DNA from: Felis catus
Lineage: Eukaryota
DNA length: 64,000 nucleotides
Reading direction: 5' to 3'
NCBI RefSeq assembly: GCF_018350175.1
Contig: NC_058368.1
Location: forward strand, 56,484,001-56,548,000
Shown here: positions 38,041 to 51,199 of the stretch, piece by piece
Position numbering within the stretch: the stretch's first letter is position 1
Layout: each line of letters starts with the position of its first letter
Position numbers and translations under genes: made by a program
The notes under the pieces: generated by a model
What the model was told of the DNA's origin: nothing
What the model saw: only the letters and a program-made list of their open reading frames with translations
Database searches by the model: none

Positions 38041-38849
38041 TTACATGCCAACCAATATTAAGCTTCTGCAAATCTGGTTGCCTGTCCCAATTACCAGCCA
38101 TCATAAGATGAATATTAAGCAGGTAGAATGTGCAGTGAAGTCTACAAACTAAAGAGAGGCAGGACAATTATGTCTGTACCATGAAGGAGTTTTAGTCCAT
38201 TAATAGAGCTAAAATTCATTCCAATTAAGTTAGTAGAGAAGACATTTTTTTTAATATGGAATTTATGTTTAAATTGAATACTGGAAAAATACTGAGTGGA
38301 TGTTAGGGTAATCTAAGGAGTAAACTATTAGTGACTCCTCTGTGACATAAATTTCCGGGGCATATTAAAGAAGGGAGGAATCTAAATAATTAGGTGGAGG
38401 AAGAAAAATGTTCAGTTAGTGGGACTGCTATACATTAAGGCTTGAAATGAAAGATATAACAGCTTCATACAATGGTTAGAAAGAAAGTGACCTCCTAATT
38501 TGACTTTGAAGGAGAAAATAGCATACACAGTTTTTGACCTTTTAAAATAAAGCTTGTAAGTTTCTGTTCATATTTGTCATAAATCCTGGTTATTCTATAC
38601 AAATACAAACATAAATTGTGACTATTAGCAAGTATTTATCCTTATCTGGCTTTGAGCTTTCTAAGCACTAGAATCTTGATTTTAATCCTCAGATATTATC
38701 TAATCTGTCCATTAACTCTAAGAATTTTGTAATTTTTTTTAACTGGGAAGTCTATAAAATCAAAAGATTTGGTTGAGGATTGTTGTTTTGTATTGACTTA
38801 TTAGTAGTCAGTTTTAAATGTCTCTGCCCTACATGGTTTTCATTCATTT

Positions 38850-39045
38850 TATGTAAAATATTTATTTAGAAATTGTTATTTATCAAAACCTGTTGTGGGC
38901 ATTTCATGATCCGTTAGATAACAAAATAGAAGAAAGCTCCTTTACTTTGTTGAGCTTTTGTCCCAGGGGTAAGAGACAACTCAAAAACTTTATACATAAT
39001 AATAGTAAATGGTGGTGATAAATGCTATGTAAAAAACAAAAAATG
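38850..39045 (-). mobile_element. L2a 3' end fragment
   Basis: atggtggtgataaatgctatgtaaaaaa block. Confidence 0.6.
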
Positions 39046-39720
39046 AAAAAAAGTGGAACATCAATAGGGAGTCCCTGGGCTTTCATTTATAACCAGCGTA
39101 TTTGGGGTCAGCCCTGTTTCTCCAGCCTCCGCAGGGATGTTTGATTTGCTCGAACAGTCTTGAAAGTAAGTTATATTTACATTTGTTGCTCCAGAATGTT
39201 TTATTTCTCTCCAGTTTACTTTATAAAATATTGGCTTCTTGCTTAAATAGATCTGAAGATAGTGTGTGATACTAAAGTTATTTAACGAATTGTTCTTTTC
39301 ACTGTACTCAGTAAATAGTTTGTTTATAAATTACCTAATTTTTCTGAAGGATATATTTTTAAAACTCTGATTATCCATTTATTCTTAACTTTCTGTGGTG
39401 TGTATTTTTTCTAATGTTTGGACAACAAAACATTTTTATATCTTTAATTCCATAATTTGTTTTATTCATTATTTGAACTTATTCATCAGTGACATGCTCA
39501 TTTTCATGGAAAAGCATCGTACGGTTCACTATATTGGGCCCACACAAACCTTAGTGTCTTAAGGACCACAGTGACTCCTTTTATACCATCTAGTATTCAC
39601 AGTGCTTTTTGTCTATGTTTTTGTTGTATTTTTGGTTTTTTAACATGGGACCTGGGCTATCTGTGGTCTGAGAATTTCCTCAGATTATGTTTCCATGCTA
39701 TTGGAGAGTGAGCCCATTGG

Positions 39721-39721
<1 letters not shown>

Positions 39722-39758
<37 letters not shown>
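39722..39758. repeat. (TTA)n microsatellite
   Basis: Seen directly. Confidence 0.95.
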
Positions 39759-39759
<1 letters not shown>

Positions 39760-40077
39760 TGTTTTGTTTTTCTTGTCATTGGTTTTGTTGATTTGTTTTT
39801 GTTCTTTAAATAAGTTTTCCATCAGGGTCAATACATCAGGTTGTTTGCCCTGAGTGTTGGAAAAGACTATTACCAATACTGATATCACCGCTTTAAATAA
39901 ATATAACATAAATTGAAGATGTTTTAGGAAAATGATCCTTGTCACTAATTATAGTCTATACATCCTAAATTCATTATTACAGCTTGATCATCCTTGATTA
40001 AAAGCTTTAGGGCAAGTACTATGTCTTAGTCTAATTGTGGATTTGCTTAGTTTAAAAATTGTTAGAAAAAACTAGAC

Positions 40078-40878
40078 TTATTTTAGTTTTCTCTCATGGC
40101 TGGGATAAAATATCACAAACTTAGTGGCTTCAGACATTATAAATTTATTATCTTACCATTCTTCAAGCTTTTGACAATTAAATGCAGGTTTTACTGGGCT
40201 ACAATCAAGGTGTTGGCCAGGGTGCACGCCATTTGGATGTTCTAGGGGAGAATCCATCTCCTTTCACATTCTGCTTTCTTCCATGGATAACCTGAAGTTC
40301 CTTTGTTACCTGCCTCCTCCTCCATAGCCAAAGCCATCAGTGGAGCGTGCTCTCTCCTCATGGACCTTTGCTCCCCTTCTCTCTCTCTTACTTCAACCTT
40401 CTAGCTCCATTTCACTAGGCCCCTTGTAATTACACTGGACAACCTGAATAATCCAAGATACCCTATTTTAATGTCAGTTTATTAGCAACCTAAATTTCCT
40501 CTAAAAAGAATCTCTTTTAGCATCTAGAGGCTGCCTGCATTTGGTGTGTGGCCCCTTTTCTCTATAAAAGTCAGCAATGGGTCAAGTTCTCATATCTCCT
40601 CCCTCTTCCTCAGCTTCTATCAACACATCTCTTTCTCTGATTCTCTCCTTCCATCCTCCACTTTTACTTTTATGAACCTTTGTGGTTGTATCAAGCCCAC
40701 CTGGAATATCCAGGATAATCCCCCCATTTTAAAGTCAGCTGATTAGCAGTGTTGACCATGCACAACTGTAATTCCTCTTTGCTGTTGTATCTCACATATT
40801 CACAGGTTCTAAGGATTAGCATATGAACATTTGGGTTTGGTTTGTTTGTTTGGTGGGGGGCATTATTCTGCCTACCAA
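40078..40878 (-). mobile_element. MLT1D/E-type LTR sequence in two overlapping tandem pieces (40078-40500, 40515-40878)
   Basis: cacaaacttagtggctt start; attttaa.gtcag..attagca block occurs twice; attattctgcctacca end. Confidence 0.85.
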
Positions 40879-41124
40879 ATTGTTGTTACCAACACCTGAA
40901 ACTATAAATAGTTGTTTGGCACAGTAGTTTTCAGAATTAAAAAGACAAAATGATCTTTTTTTCCCCGTATGATTTTCTTCCTGATGCATGCTTTCTCTAT
41001 AGTTTTCTTGACCTGGGTTATCCTGAGGTAAACTTTTTGCAAATATGCTTATACATCATGTTAAGACTATTTTGATAAAATTTAAATTCACATACTAAAT
41101 TTTATAAAATCTTTCTCCTATCTT

Positions 41125-41339
41125 TTTAAAAAAAATATTTAATGTTTATTTATTTTGAGGGAGAGAGAGACAGAGTATGAGCAGGGGAGAGGCAGAGAGA
41201 GGGAGACACAGAATCCAAAGCAGGCTCCAGGCTCCAAACTGGAGAGTGAACCCCAAAGTCAGGCTCGAACTCACAAACCGCAAGGTCATGACCTGAGCCA
41301 AAGTTGAACGCTTAACCAACTGAGCCACCCAGGCTCCCC
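41125..41339 (-). mobile_element. CAN-SINE
   Basis: TSD tctcctatctt at 41114-41124 and 41340-41350. Confidence 0.95.
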
Positions 41340-42184
41340 TCTCCTATCTTGATTCTTATTTTCTGTCTCCCTGCTTTATTCTCTCCAGCACCATTTGTTG
41401 TTCTTGTCAAATTATTTTCATAGAAATATTTGTTTATTTGAGTACATTTATATAATCATTAATCCATAAAAAATCCCAAGTTTTTATCATAAAATTGTGA
41501 AATATATATAGCCTGAACTGTTTTTCTAGTAGTTGTCTGAAAGTCTTCATTGTGTAAAGATATCTGATCAACAAGCCGCCAGGAGTGGTTAGTCTCAGAA
41601 TGACCTGCACTTCATTACTGTGATTCTGTCAACTTGGTCCAAGTTGATTAAATTAGAGGTGGTGCCCTCCCAGTGTCATCCATCTTTAGTCTGCTTAGAG
41701 TCACTTATGAGGAAAAACACTTTGCTTGAAGGATTTGTCTGTGTACAGTAGTGATTACCCAGTAAAACAAATCCTGCTTGTTGTGGAATCTGTAATTGAG
41801 ACACAGAGACTAGAGTGATAAGAGAGGTGGAGCAGATAAGAAGTGGAAACAAAGAAGAATTTTCTTGGTAGGGGGATGGAATCATAGGATACCTCTACAT
41901 CAGTAACCAACTGTAAGAACTTCCCTACACACCCTTTAGATAAACTACTCTTAACTATAGTAATCTGCATATGTTTCTTCTTGCAAAAAAAAGGAGTTGA
42001 ATTTACTTATTTCTATTAGAAGAAAAAAATTAAAGCATTTACAGAAAGGGGGCAGGAATTCTGTAATCAGAAATTTGGATTTATAACTAAATTTTTTTCA
42101 CAACTAAAGAAGAGCTTTAACTCACTAAATTGTAATCAATATTTACAAAGTATAAATCCATCTTCTAAAAGTATTCATATACAT

Positions 42185-42345
42185 CAAACTTTATTCCTAC
42201 AAAAAAATAAGTGAGATAGGCTATAAATACTTTTTTTTCACATTTCCTCACATTTAAATCTCTTCAATATTGCATAATTTAGAGCTACATGGAGCCATAA
42301 TTTGAACATGACCTGTTTATTTCTAGTTCAATTTCTTCTAATGTT
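42185..42345 (-). mobile_element. MIR fragment
   Basis: ggagccataatttgaacatgacctgt resembles minus-strand MIR. Confidence 0.45.
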
Positions 42346-43209
42346 TTTAAAATATTATACATATATCCTCACGAAAGGGGAGAAGCAAAATAAGAACAAT
42401 AAAATCCTAGAAAAAAAGGAATAATCTTCCTAACTTTGTGATATATTCCCCCAAATAATCATACACACAAGAAAGGAGAAGGTTATTGAGGAAAATACCT
42501 GTAATTTCTATGTTGGAAATATCCTAGTATATGAGAAGCCCAAGGGAATATCCAAGAAAAGGACATTCTCTTTGATTAAAAGGATTTTAATTCTAACAGC
42601 ACTAGAAAGAGACAAATGTGTTTACATCTTATTCATAGAATAAAGCAGAAATCCCCTCGTTTGTCCATGACTAGAAAAACTCTTTGTCTACTCTTTGAAC
42701 TTCAAAAACCAAGGTACATACTTAGTAACAGCTTATTGGACAAACTAAATTAATTTATAGCATATAATTATTTAATGTCTTAAATGCAACATTTAATGTG
42801 TATCATTATATTGTCCTGTGCATTTGTTCTTTTTTCTGGTATGTCTTATTTAGGGAGCCATATTCACCATTGACCCAAGCTAGAAATCTCAATAGAAGTC
42901 TCTGAAGGTCTCCATACCCAAATCAATCTCATTAATATTTGTAAATGTGTACCTTTAATTCCACCTCTATTAGCTCAAGTCTTTATGATTTCTTCCATAG
43001 CTTAATACAATAACCTTGTCGGTAATTTTCTTTTTTTTTAATATATGAAATTTATTGTCATATTGGTTTCCATACAATACCCAGTGCTCATCCCAAAAGA
43101 TGCCCTCTTCAATGCCCATCACCTACCCCCTCCCTCCCACCCGCCATCAACCCTCAGTTTGTTCTCAGTTTTTAAAAGTCTCTTATGCTTTGGCTCTCTC
43201 CCACTCTAA

Positions 43210-43241
<32 letters not shown>

Positions 43242-43276
43242 CCCTTCCCCTGCCCCATGGGTTTCTGTTAAGTTTC

Positions 43277-46200
43277 TCAGGATCCACATAAGAGTGAAAA
43301 CATATGGTATCTGTCTTTCTCTTTATGGCTTATTTCACCTACCATCACATTCTCCATTTCCATCCACATTGCTACAAAGGGCCATATTTCATTCTTTCTC
43401 ATTGCCACATAGTACTCCATTGTGTATATAAACCACAATTTCTTTATCCATTCATCAGTTGATGGACATTTAGGCTCTTTCCATAATTTGGCTATTGTTG
43501 AGAGTGCTGCTATAAACATTGGGGTATAAGTGCCCCTATGCATCAGTACTCCTGTATCCCTTGGGTAAATTCCTAGCAGTGCTACTTCTGGGTCATAGGG
43601 TAGGTCTATTTTTAATTTTCTGAGGAACCTCCACACTGCTTTCCAGAGCGGCTGCACCAATTTGCATTCCCCCCAACAGTGCAAGAGGGTTCCCGTTTCT
43701 CCACATCCTCTCCAGCATCTAGAGTCTCCTGATTTGTTCATTTTGGCCACTCTGACTGGCGTGAGGTGATATCTGAGTGTGGTTTTGATTTGTATTTCCC
43801 TAATGAGGAGCGATGTTGAGCATCTTTTCATGTGCCTGTTGGCCATCTGGATGTCTTCTTTAGAGAAGTGTCTATTCATGTTTTCTGCCCATTTCTTCAC
43901 TGGATTATCTGTTTTTTGGGTCTGGAGTTTGGTGAGCTCTTTATGGATTTTGGATACTAGCCCTTTGTCCTATATGTCATTTGCAAATATCTTTTCCCAT
44001 TCTGTTGGTTGCCTTTTAGTTTTGTTGATTGTTTCCTTTGCAGTGCAGAAGCTTTTTATCTTCATGAGGTCCCAAGAGTTCATTTTTGCTTTTAAGTCCC
44101 TTGCCTTTGGGGATGTGTCGAGTAAGAAATTTCTGTGGCTGTGGTCAGAGAGGTCTTTTCCTGCTTTCTCCTCTAGTGTTTTGATGGTTTCCTGTCTCAC
44201 ATTCAGGTCCTTCATCCATTTTGAGTTTGTTTTTGTGAATGGTGTAAGAAAGTGGTCTAGTTTCATTCATCTGCATGTTACTGTCCAGTTCTCCCAGCAC
44301 CATTTGTTAAAGAGACTGTCTTTTTTCCATTGGATATTCTTTCCTGCTTTGTCAAAGATGAGTTGGCCATACGTTTGTGGGTCTAGTTCTGGAGTTTCTA
44401 TTCTATTCCATTGGTCTATATGTCTGTTTTTGTGCCAATACCATGCTGTCTTGATTACAGCTTTGTAGTAGAGGCTAAAGTGGGATTGTGATGCCTCCTG
44501 CTTTGGTCTTCTTCTTCAAAATTACTTTGGCTGTTCAGGGCCTTTTGTGGTTCCATATGAATTTTAGGATTGCTTGTTCTAGTTTCGAGAAGAATGCTGG
44601 TGCAATTTTGATTGGGATTGCATTGAATGTGTAGATAGCTTTGGGTAGTATTGACATTTTAACAATATTTATTCTTCCAACCCATAAGCACGAAATGTTT
44701 TTCCATTTATTTATATCTTCTTCAATTTCCTTCATAAGCTTTGTATAGTTTTCCGTATACAGATCTTGTACATCTTTGGTTAGATTTATTCCTAGTTATT
44801 TTATGCTTCTTGGTGCAGTTGTGAATGGGATCAGTTTGTTTATTTGTCTTTCTGTTGCTTCATTATTAGTGTATAAGAATGCAACTGATATCTGTACATT
44901 GATTTTGTATCCTGCAACTTTGCTAAATTCATGTATCAGTTCTAGCAGACTTTTGGTAGAGTCTATCGGATTTTCCATGTATAATATCATGTCATCTGCA
45001 AAAAGTGAAAGGTTGACTTCATCTTTGCCAATTTTGATGCCTTTGATTTCCTTTTGTTGTCTGATTGCTGATGCTAGAACTTCCAACACTATGTTAAACA
45101 ACAGCAGTGAGAGTGGGTATCCCTGTCCTGTTCCTGATCTCAGGGGCAAAGCTCTCAGTTTTTCCCCGTTGAGGATGATGTTAGCTGTGGGCTTTTCATA
45201 AATGGCTTTTATGATCTTTAAGTATGTTCCTTCTATCCCGACTTTCTGGAGGGTTTTTATTAAGAAAGGATGCTGAATTTTGTCAGATGTTTTTTCTGCA
45301 TTGATTGACAGGATCATATGGTTCTAATCTTTTCTTTTATTAATGTGATGTATCACGTTGATTGATTTGCGAATGTTGAACCAGCCCTGCATCCCAGGAA
45401 TGAATCCCACTTGATCATGGTGAATAATTCTTTTTATAAGCTGTTGAATTCGATTTGCTAGTATCTTATTGAGAATTTTTGCATCCATATTCATCAGGGA
45501 TATTGGCCTGTAGTTCTCTTTTTGTACTGGGTCTCTGTCTGGTTTAGGAATCAAAGTAATACTGGCTTCATAGAATGAGTCTGGAAGTTTTCCTTCCCTT
45601 TCTACTTTTTGGAATAGCTTGAGAAGGATAGGTATTACCTCTGCTTTAAATGTCTGGTACAATTCCCCAGGGAAGCCATCTGGTCGTGGACTCTTATTTG
45701 TTGGGAGATTTTTGATAACTGATTCAATTTCTTCACTGGTTATAAATCTGTTCAATTTTTCTATTTCCTCATGTGTGAGTTTTGGAAGTGTGTGGGTGTT
45801 TAGGAATTTTTCCATTTCTTCCAGGTTGTCCGGTTTGTTGGCATATAATTTTTCATAGTATTCCCTGATAATTGCTTGTATCTCTGAGGGATTGGTTGTA
45901 ATAATTCCATTTTTGTCCATGATTTTATCTATTTGGGTCATCTCCCTTTTCTTTTTGAGAAGTCTGGCTAGGGGTTTATCAATTTTGTTTATTTTTTTCA
46001 AAAAAACCAACTCTTGGTTTCATTGATCTGCTCTACAGTTTTTTTTAGGTTCTATATTGTTTATTCCTGCTCTGATATTTATTATTTCTCTTCTTCTGCT
46101 GGGTTTGGGGTATCTTTGCTGCTCAGCTTCTGTTTCCTTTAGGTGTGCTGTTAGATTTTGTATTTGGGATTTTTCTTGTTTCTTGAGATAGGCCTGGATT

Positions 46201-46393
46201 GCAATGTATTTTCCTCTCAGGACTGCCTTTGCTGCATCCCAAAGCGTTTGGATTGTTGTATTTTCATTTTCATTTGTTTCCATATATTTTTTAATTTCTT
46301 CTCGAATTGCCTGGTTGACCCATTCATTCTTTAGTAGGGTGTTCTTTAGCGTCTATGCTTTTGGGGGTTTTCCAGACTTTTCCCTGTGGTTGA
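43277..46393 (-). pseudogene. L1 ORF2 remnant (RT and C-terminal domains; no endonuclease), multiple frameshifts and stops
   Basis: Broken ORFs at 46020-46283, 45324-46010, 44796-45317, 44535-44735, 43970-44266, 43277-43900. Confidence 0.95.
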
Positions 46394-46396
46394 TTT

Positions 46397-47032
46397 ATCC
46401 CTAGCTACTTTCAGAATTATCTCTTTATCCTTGTATTTTGCCAGTTTCACTATGATATGTCATGCAGAAGATCGATTCAAGTTATGTCTGAAGGGAGTTC
46501 TCTGTTCCTCTTGGATTTCAATGCCTTTTTCCTTCACCGGATCAGGGAATTTCTCAGCTATTATTTCTTCAAGTACACCTTCAGCACCTTTTCCTCTCTC
46601 TTCCTCCTCTGGAATACCAATTATGTGGAGATTATTTCTCTGTAGTGCATCACTTAGTTCTCTAATTTTCCCCTCATACTCCTGGATTACTTTATCTCTC
46701 TTTTTCTCAGCTTCTTCTTTTTCCATAATTTTATCTTCTAGTTCACCTATTCTCTCCTCTGCCTCTTCAATCCAAGCTGTGGTCGTCTCCATTTTATTTT
46801 GCAGCTCATTAATAGCATTTTTTAGCTCCTCTTGGCTGTTCTTTAGTCCCTTGATCTCTGTAGCAATAGATTCTCTGCTGTCCTTTATACTGTTTTCAAG
46901 GCCAGCAATTAATTTTATGACTGTTATTCTAAATTCACTCTCTGTTATATTGTTTAAATCCTTTTTGGTCAGTTCGTTAGCTGTCATTATTTCCTGGAGA
47001 TTCTTTTGAGGGGAATTCTTCCATTTGGTCAT
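46397..47032 (-). pseudogene. L1 ORF1 remnant (coiled coil and part of RRM), premature stop and truncated
   Basis: MTKWKNSPQK...RNNLHIIGIPEEEER...RSSA*. Confidence 0.95.
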
Positions 47033-47910
47033 TTCGGATAGTCCCTGGAGTGGTGCAGGACTGCAGGGCACTTCCCCTGTGCTGTCTTGAATAACTTGCG
47101 TTGGTGGGCGGGGCCATGGTCAGACCAGATGTCTGCCCCCAGCCCACCGCTGGGGCCACAGTCAGACTGGTGTGTACCTTCTCTTCCCCTCTCCTAAGAG
47201 CGGGATTCACTGTGGGGTGGCGTGGCCTGTCTGGGCTACTTGCATACTGCCAGGCTTGTGGTGCTAGGGATCTGGCGTATTAGCTGGGGTGCATTGGCAA
47301 GGTGCACGGGGGCGGGAGGGTCAGGCTCAGCTCGCTTCTCCTTTGGAGATCTGCTTTGTGAGGGGCCCTGTGGCACTGGGAGGGAGTCAGACCCACTGGA
47401 GTGATGGATCCGCAGAAGCACAGCGTTGAGTGTTTGCGTGGTGCAAGCAAACTGGCTGGGGAATGGGCGAGGGAGATGGCGCTGGTGAGCACCTTTGTTC
47501 CCCACCAAGCTGCGCTCTGTTGTCGGGGGCTCAGCAACTCTCCTGTTGTCCTCCAGCCCTCCTGCTCTCGGAGCAGAGCTGTTAGCTTATAACCTTCCAG
47601 ATGTTAACTCCTGCTTGCTGTCCGAACATACTCCGTCCGGCCCCTCCACTTTTTCCAGCCAGACTCGGGGGCTCTGCTTTGCTGGCAGGCTGCCCCTCTG
47701 CCCTGGCTCCCTCCCGCCAGTCCCTGTAGTGTGCACTGCCTCTCCGCCCTTCCTGCCCTCTTCCGTGGGCCTCTCATCTATGCTTGGCTCCGGAGAATCC
47801 ATTCTGCTAGTCTTCTGGCGGTTTTCTGGGTTATTTAGGCAGGTGTGGGTGGAATAAGTTATCTGCAGGATGTGGTGAGCCCAGTGTCCTCCTACACCTC
47901 CATCTTCCCA
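47033..47910 (-). promoter_or_regulatory. L1 5'UTR internal promoter, GC-rich and partly CpG-decayed
   Basis: Starts with a YY1-like aagatgg motif at the element 5' end. Confidence 0.8.
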
Positions 47911-48429
47911 GGTAATTTTCTGTCTTCTGTTCCCACCCTGTGGAAATTCATCACCTATAATATTATCAGAGTGATCAAAATAAAAATCTAAACCCACACA
48001 TTTGATACCTAAGCTTAAAAACTTTCAATGAATTCCCTAATTCATAGGATAAAATTTAATATCTTGTATGGTGTTCGTAAACCTTTATGCTTTTTCTTTC
48101 CATCTTTCCAGATGTTTCCTACCTTATGGTTCATTGTTTAACAACTTTTGTTTATAGTTTGGGCTTCCTTCTTCTCCTTTTTCCATCATCTCTGATTAAA
48201 TATAGTACTATTTATTTTAAATACTTTGTTTTCATATATTTTTCCCCACACAGTTTTCTAGTCATCTCATAGTATGACCCATATTTTACTTGTTTGTTTG
48301 TTTGTTTGTTTGTTTTTTGGCTGCCCCTAACACAATACCTAGCATGTAGTAGATGGACAAAGTTTACCTTAATGACAAACATTTTCCCTTGTAAGATGTT
48401 TTCAAAATGAATATATGTAGTTTTGTTGT

Positions 48430-48844
48430 TATTTTAGTAAGGGTTTTCCAGAGCATGAATAGGAAATAGGGAGGGCCGTGGGATATTGATTGATTGATTT
48501 TAAGGCCGTTCCTTTATGTGATTGAGGAGGCTGGTAAGTCCAAGATCTGCAAGGTAGGGTGGCAGGCTGGAGACCCAGGGAAGACTTGATGTTGCAGTTT
48601 GAGCCCACAGGCCAACTGCTTGCAGAATTCCTTCCTGCTAAGAGAAAGTCAGGCTTTCTCTTAATGCCTTTAACTGGATGAGGCCCATCTGTGTTACAGA
48701 GGTACTCTGCTTTACTCAAAGTCTATTGATTTAAATGTTAATATTATCTAAAAGAAACACCTGCATAGCAACAGCCAGAGATTTTTTTGACCAGATACCC
48801 ATGTAATATGGCCTAGCCAAGTTACCATAAGATTAACCATCTCA
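48430..48844 (-). mobile_element. MLT2C/D-type solo LTR
   Basis: ggaggctggtaagtccaagatctgc; tttactcaaagtctattgatttaaatgttaat; gcctagccaagtt. Confidence 0.88.
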
Positions 48845-49237
48845 GTTGGCTAGCACAGGGTACAGTCAAGAACAGAAAGTATAGACCAAGTCATACTACA
48901 CATTCTTTGTTCCACTTGCACAGATTAATTTCCAACCACACCCCTTGGAGGTAAGAACATGTAATTCAAATGGATGAAGACATATGATTATAGATATCAT
49001 TATGCAAGTTGTTCAGAGTAAATAAACTACTGCTGTAGAATTACAAAGGAATATACATAATTTGTACAAGATGAATATGCAAGTTGCCTTGATATAAAAA
49101 CAAGTAGTTATAAAGAATTTTATAATGTCTAAATTATTTGTTGTAGATAGTGTTATATTTAAGGTCATTAAAAAACTCAAGGTACCAGGATTTGTGAAAA
49201 CCCTTATGAGGAAGAATTAAATATCATCAGATAATAT

Positions 49238-49450
49238 GGGGTGCCTGGGTGGCTCAGTCAGTTAAGCATCTGATTCAGCTCAGGTCGTGATCTCATGGTT
49301 TGTGAGTTTGAGTCCCACATGGCTCTGTGCTGACAGCTCAGAGCCTGGAGCCTGCTTTGGATTCTGTGTTTCCCTCTCTCTCTGCCCCTCCCCCACTCAT
49401 GCTCTGTCTTGGTCTCTCAAAAATAAATAAAGGTTAAAAAAATATTAAAA
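49238..49450 (+). mobile_element. CAN-SINE
   Basis: Canonical body and tail. Confidence 0.96.
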
Positions 49451-50319
49451 AAATATCAGATAAATAAAGTAATGAAGTCTCATAAAAGATAATTTACTGA
49501 AGTTTGATGACTCCAAAACCCGTGCAAATAATGCTCAGCTATGAAATTAATGGGCTTCACATTTATTTCTATTCCAATTTATAGATAAGTCAACATTTTT
49601 AGAAGTGCTAATAAACTATCACTAAATTTTTGTTAAAAAATGTTTAATATGCTACTAAATATTTAATAAACACTTGATATATTTGAATAGTTTTAGGGAA
49701 TTTAGATATTTGTCACTTTGAGAAAGAATTTTTTTTTTCACATCAGTCTTACTTGGTAAATCACAAATAGAATAAGCATTTGTTATCACAAAGTAGTGTC
49801 TCCTTTCTCCTGAGAAAGGCTTTAAGCTTTTGGTTGCTATGCCATTATTGCCGTCCTGTAATTTTGTCACAGAATGACAAAACAGACAAACTGAAACAAA
49901 CAAAAAACAGTTTGGCAGACAATGAATACAGTGTTTTATGTAATATAGATGTCCTTCCGTTATAACAAAATGGCTTAGCTGCTTGGTCTCTCTATGTACA
50001 TTTACCATGTGCTCACTTACATATAAATACAATTACAATTGCTTATATCTGTGTGTATTCATCTTTTTATAGTAAATAGTCTTGCAGAAATATTCTCCTA
50101 AACTAAGTGCACATGGCTACTTATATATACACCATTTGTGTGAATTCAAATAATCTTTAATGAATGCTGGCTAATTATAGGTTCTAGCTAATTAAGGCTT
50201 TATAGTAGTAGTTATTTTTCTGCTGCAAATGTTGTTGTAGCCTCAATTCATTTCAAGGTACTATGATTTAGGAGATTCTGTACAAATACATTGCCTGGGA
50301 ATAAAGGAGAACCATAATA

Positions 50320-50600
50320 TTATTTATTTCTTCCTGATTATATTTCAACTGAATTTAAAATGGCTTACAAAAATGCATGCTATGGCAAAAACAAACACAA
50401 ATGAAATTTTTTAGGTTAATCAATGAGGGTAAAAGAAAAATAAATATGTGAAATGAAATTCAGCAAAGAATTTAACACTCTAAATGCACTCTCTGTGGTT
50501 TTTGTACAGGTGGTGGATAATTTTGGCTTTTTCAGAAGCCTAACGTAGGAGGAACATGATTCACACAGAGCTCAACGTGCGGCAAATATTTAATAAGTGG
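50320..50600. mobile_element. MamRep605-like ancient repeat
   Basis: ttatttatttcttcc...atggcttacaaaaatgcat...aattttggct...gaggaacatgat pattern. Confidence 0.5.
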
Positions 50601-51199
50601 AATTAACTTGAAGTAATTATTTTTCATGTTTCCCTATTGATTTACACACATACTAACATAGGTTGAACTATATACAGAAGAAGGACAATGGCAGGATAAA
50701 ATTAAACTGTTTTAAGATAGGAGGAATAAATAATTATCACATAGTTACAATGACTTTCCCTAAATAGAATCAGTCATGTTGTGTTGCTGTTACTATTCTA
50801 TGATGAAACCAAAAAATATTTCCTAGAAAATAATTAACCATGTGAAGGTGATACAAACTTCATCTTTCCTGGCTTGGTTTAAATCTTTCTTCTTTCAGTT
50901 TTATTTACCACAAACTATATATCCTTCCTAGAGTCATTGAAAAAGTGGGTAGTGATCAATTGATTTTGCAGAATTTAAATTAATGTGTTTTGCTCATTAA
51001 CCTTGCGAAGTTTCCCGTAGGAAAATAAATGAGCAAAGGCAGTAAAGTGTGAAAAGAGATTGAACAATAACAAGTAGAATACTGTGGGAAGAATCCAAGG
51101 CATGAGGACTGGGTTGTGGGGTATAAAATGCCCTGTGGAGACTGTGGATAAGACAGATATTCTGATACCAAATCAGGATAAAAATAATCCTAAAACAAA

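Larger units (their letters stand above)
43032..47910 (-). mobile_element. Felid L1 with intact 5' and 3' ends but an internal deletion (ORF1 C-terminus to ORF2 endonuclease)
   Basis: 5' end tgggaagatgg; GC-rich 5'UTR; ORF1 MTKWKNSPQK; ORF2 RT motifs (LFADDMILY); perfect 11-bp TSD ggtaattttct at 43021-43031 and 47911-47921. Confidence 0.98.
42860..48375 (+). mobile_element. L2 relic split by the L1 insertion (L2 parts 42860-43031 and 47911-48375)
   Basis: L2 blocks continue across the L1 TSD; 3' end aacacaatacctagcatgtagtag. Confidence 0.7.

Noticed and set aside
43779..45201. Long plus-strand ORFs (229 aa, 141 aa; also 46386-47009 and 27755-28087)
   Set aside because: Antisense shadows of L1 ORF1/ORF2.
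47236..47997. Several 85-136 aa ORFs
   Set aside because: They arise from the GC-rich L1 5'UTR where stops are rare; no coding evidence.
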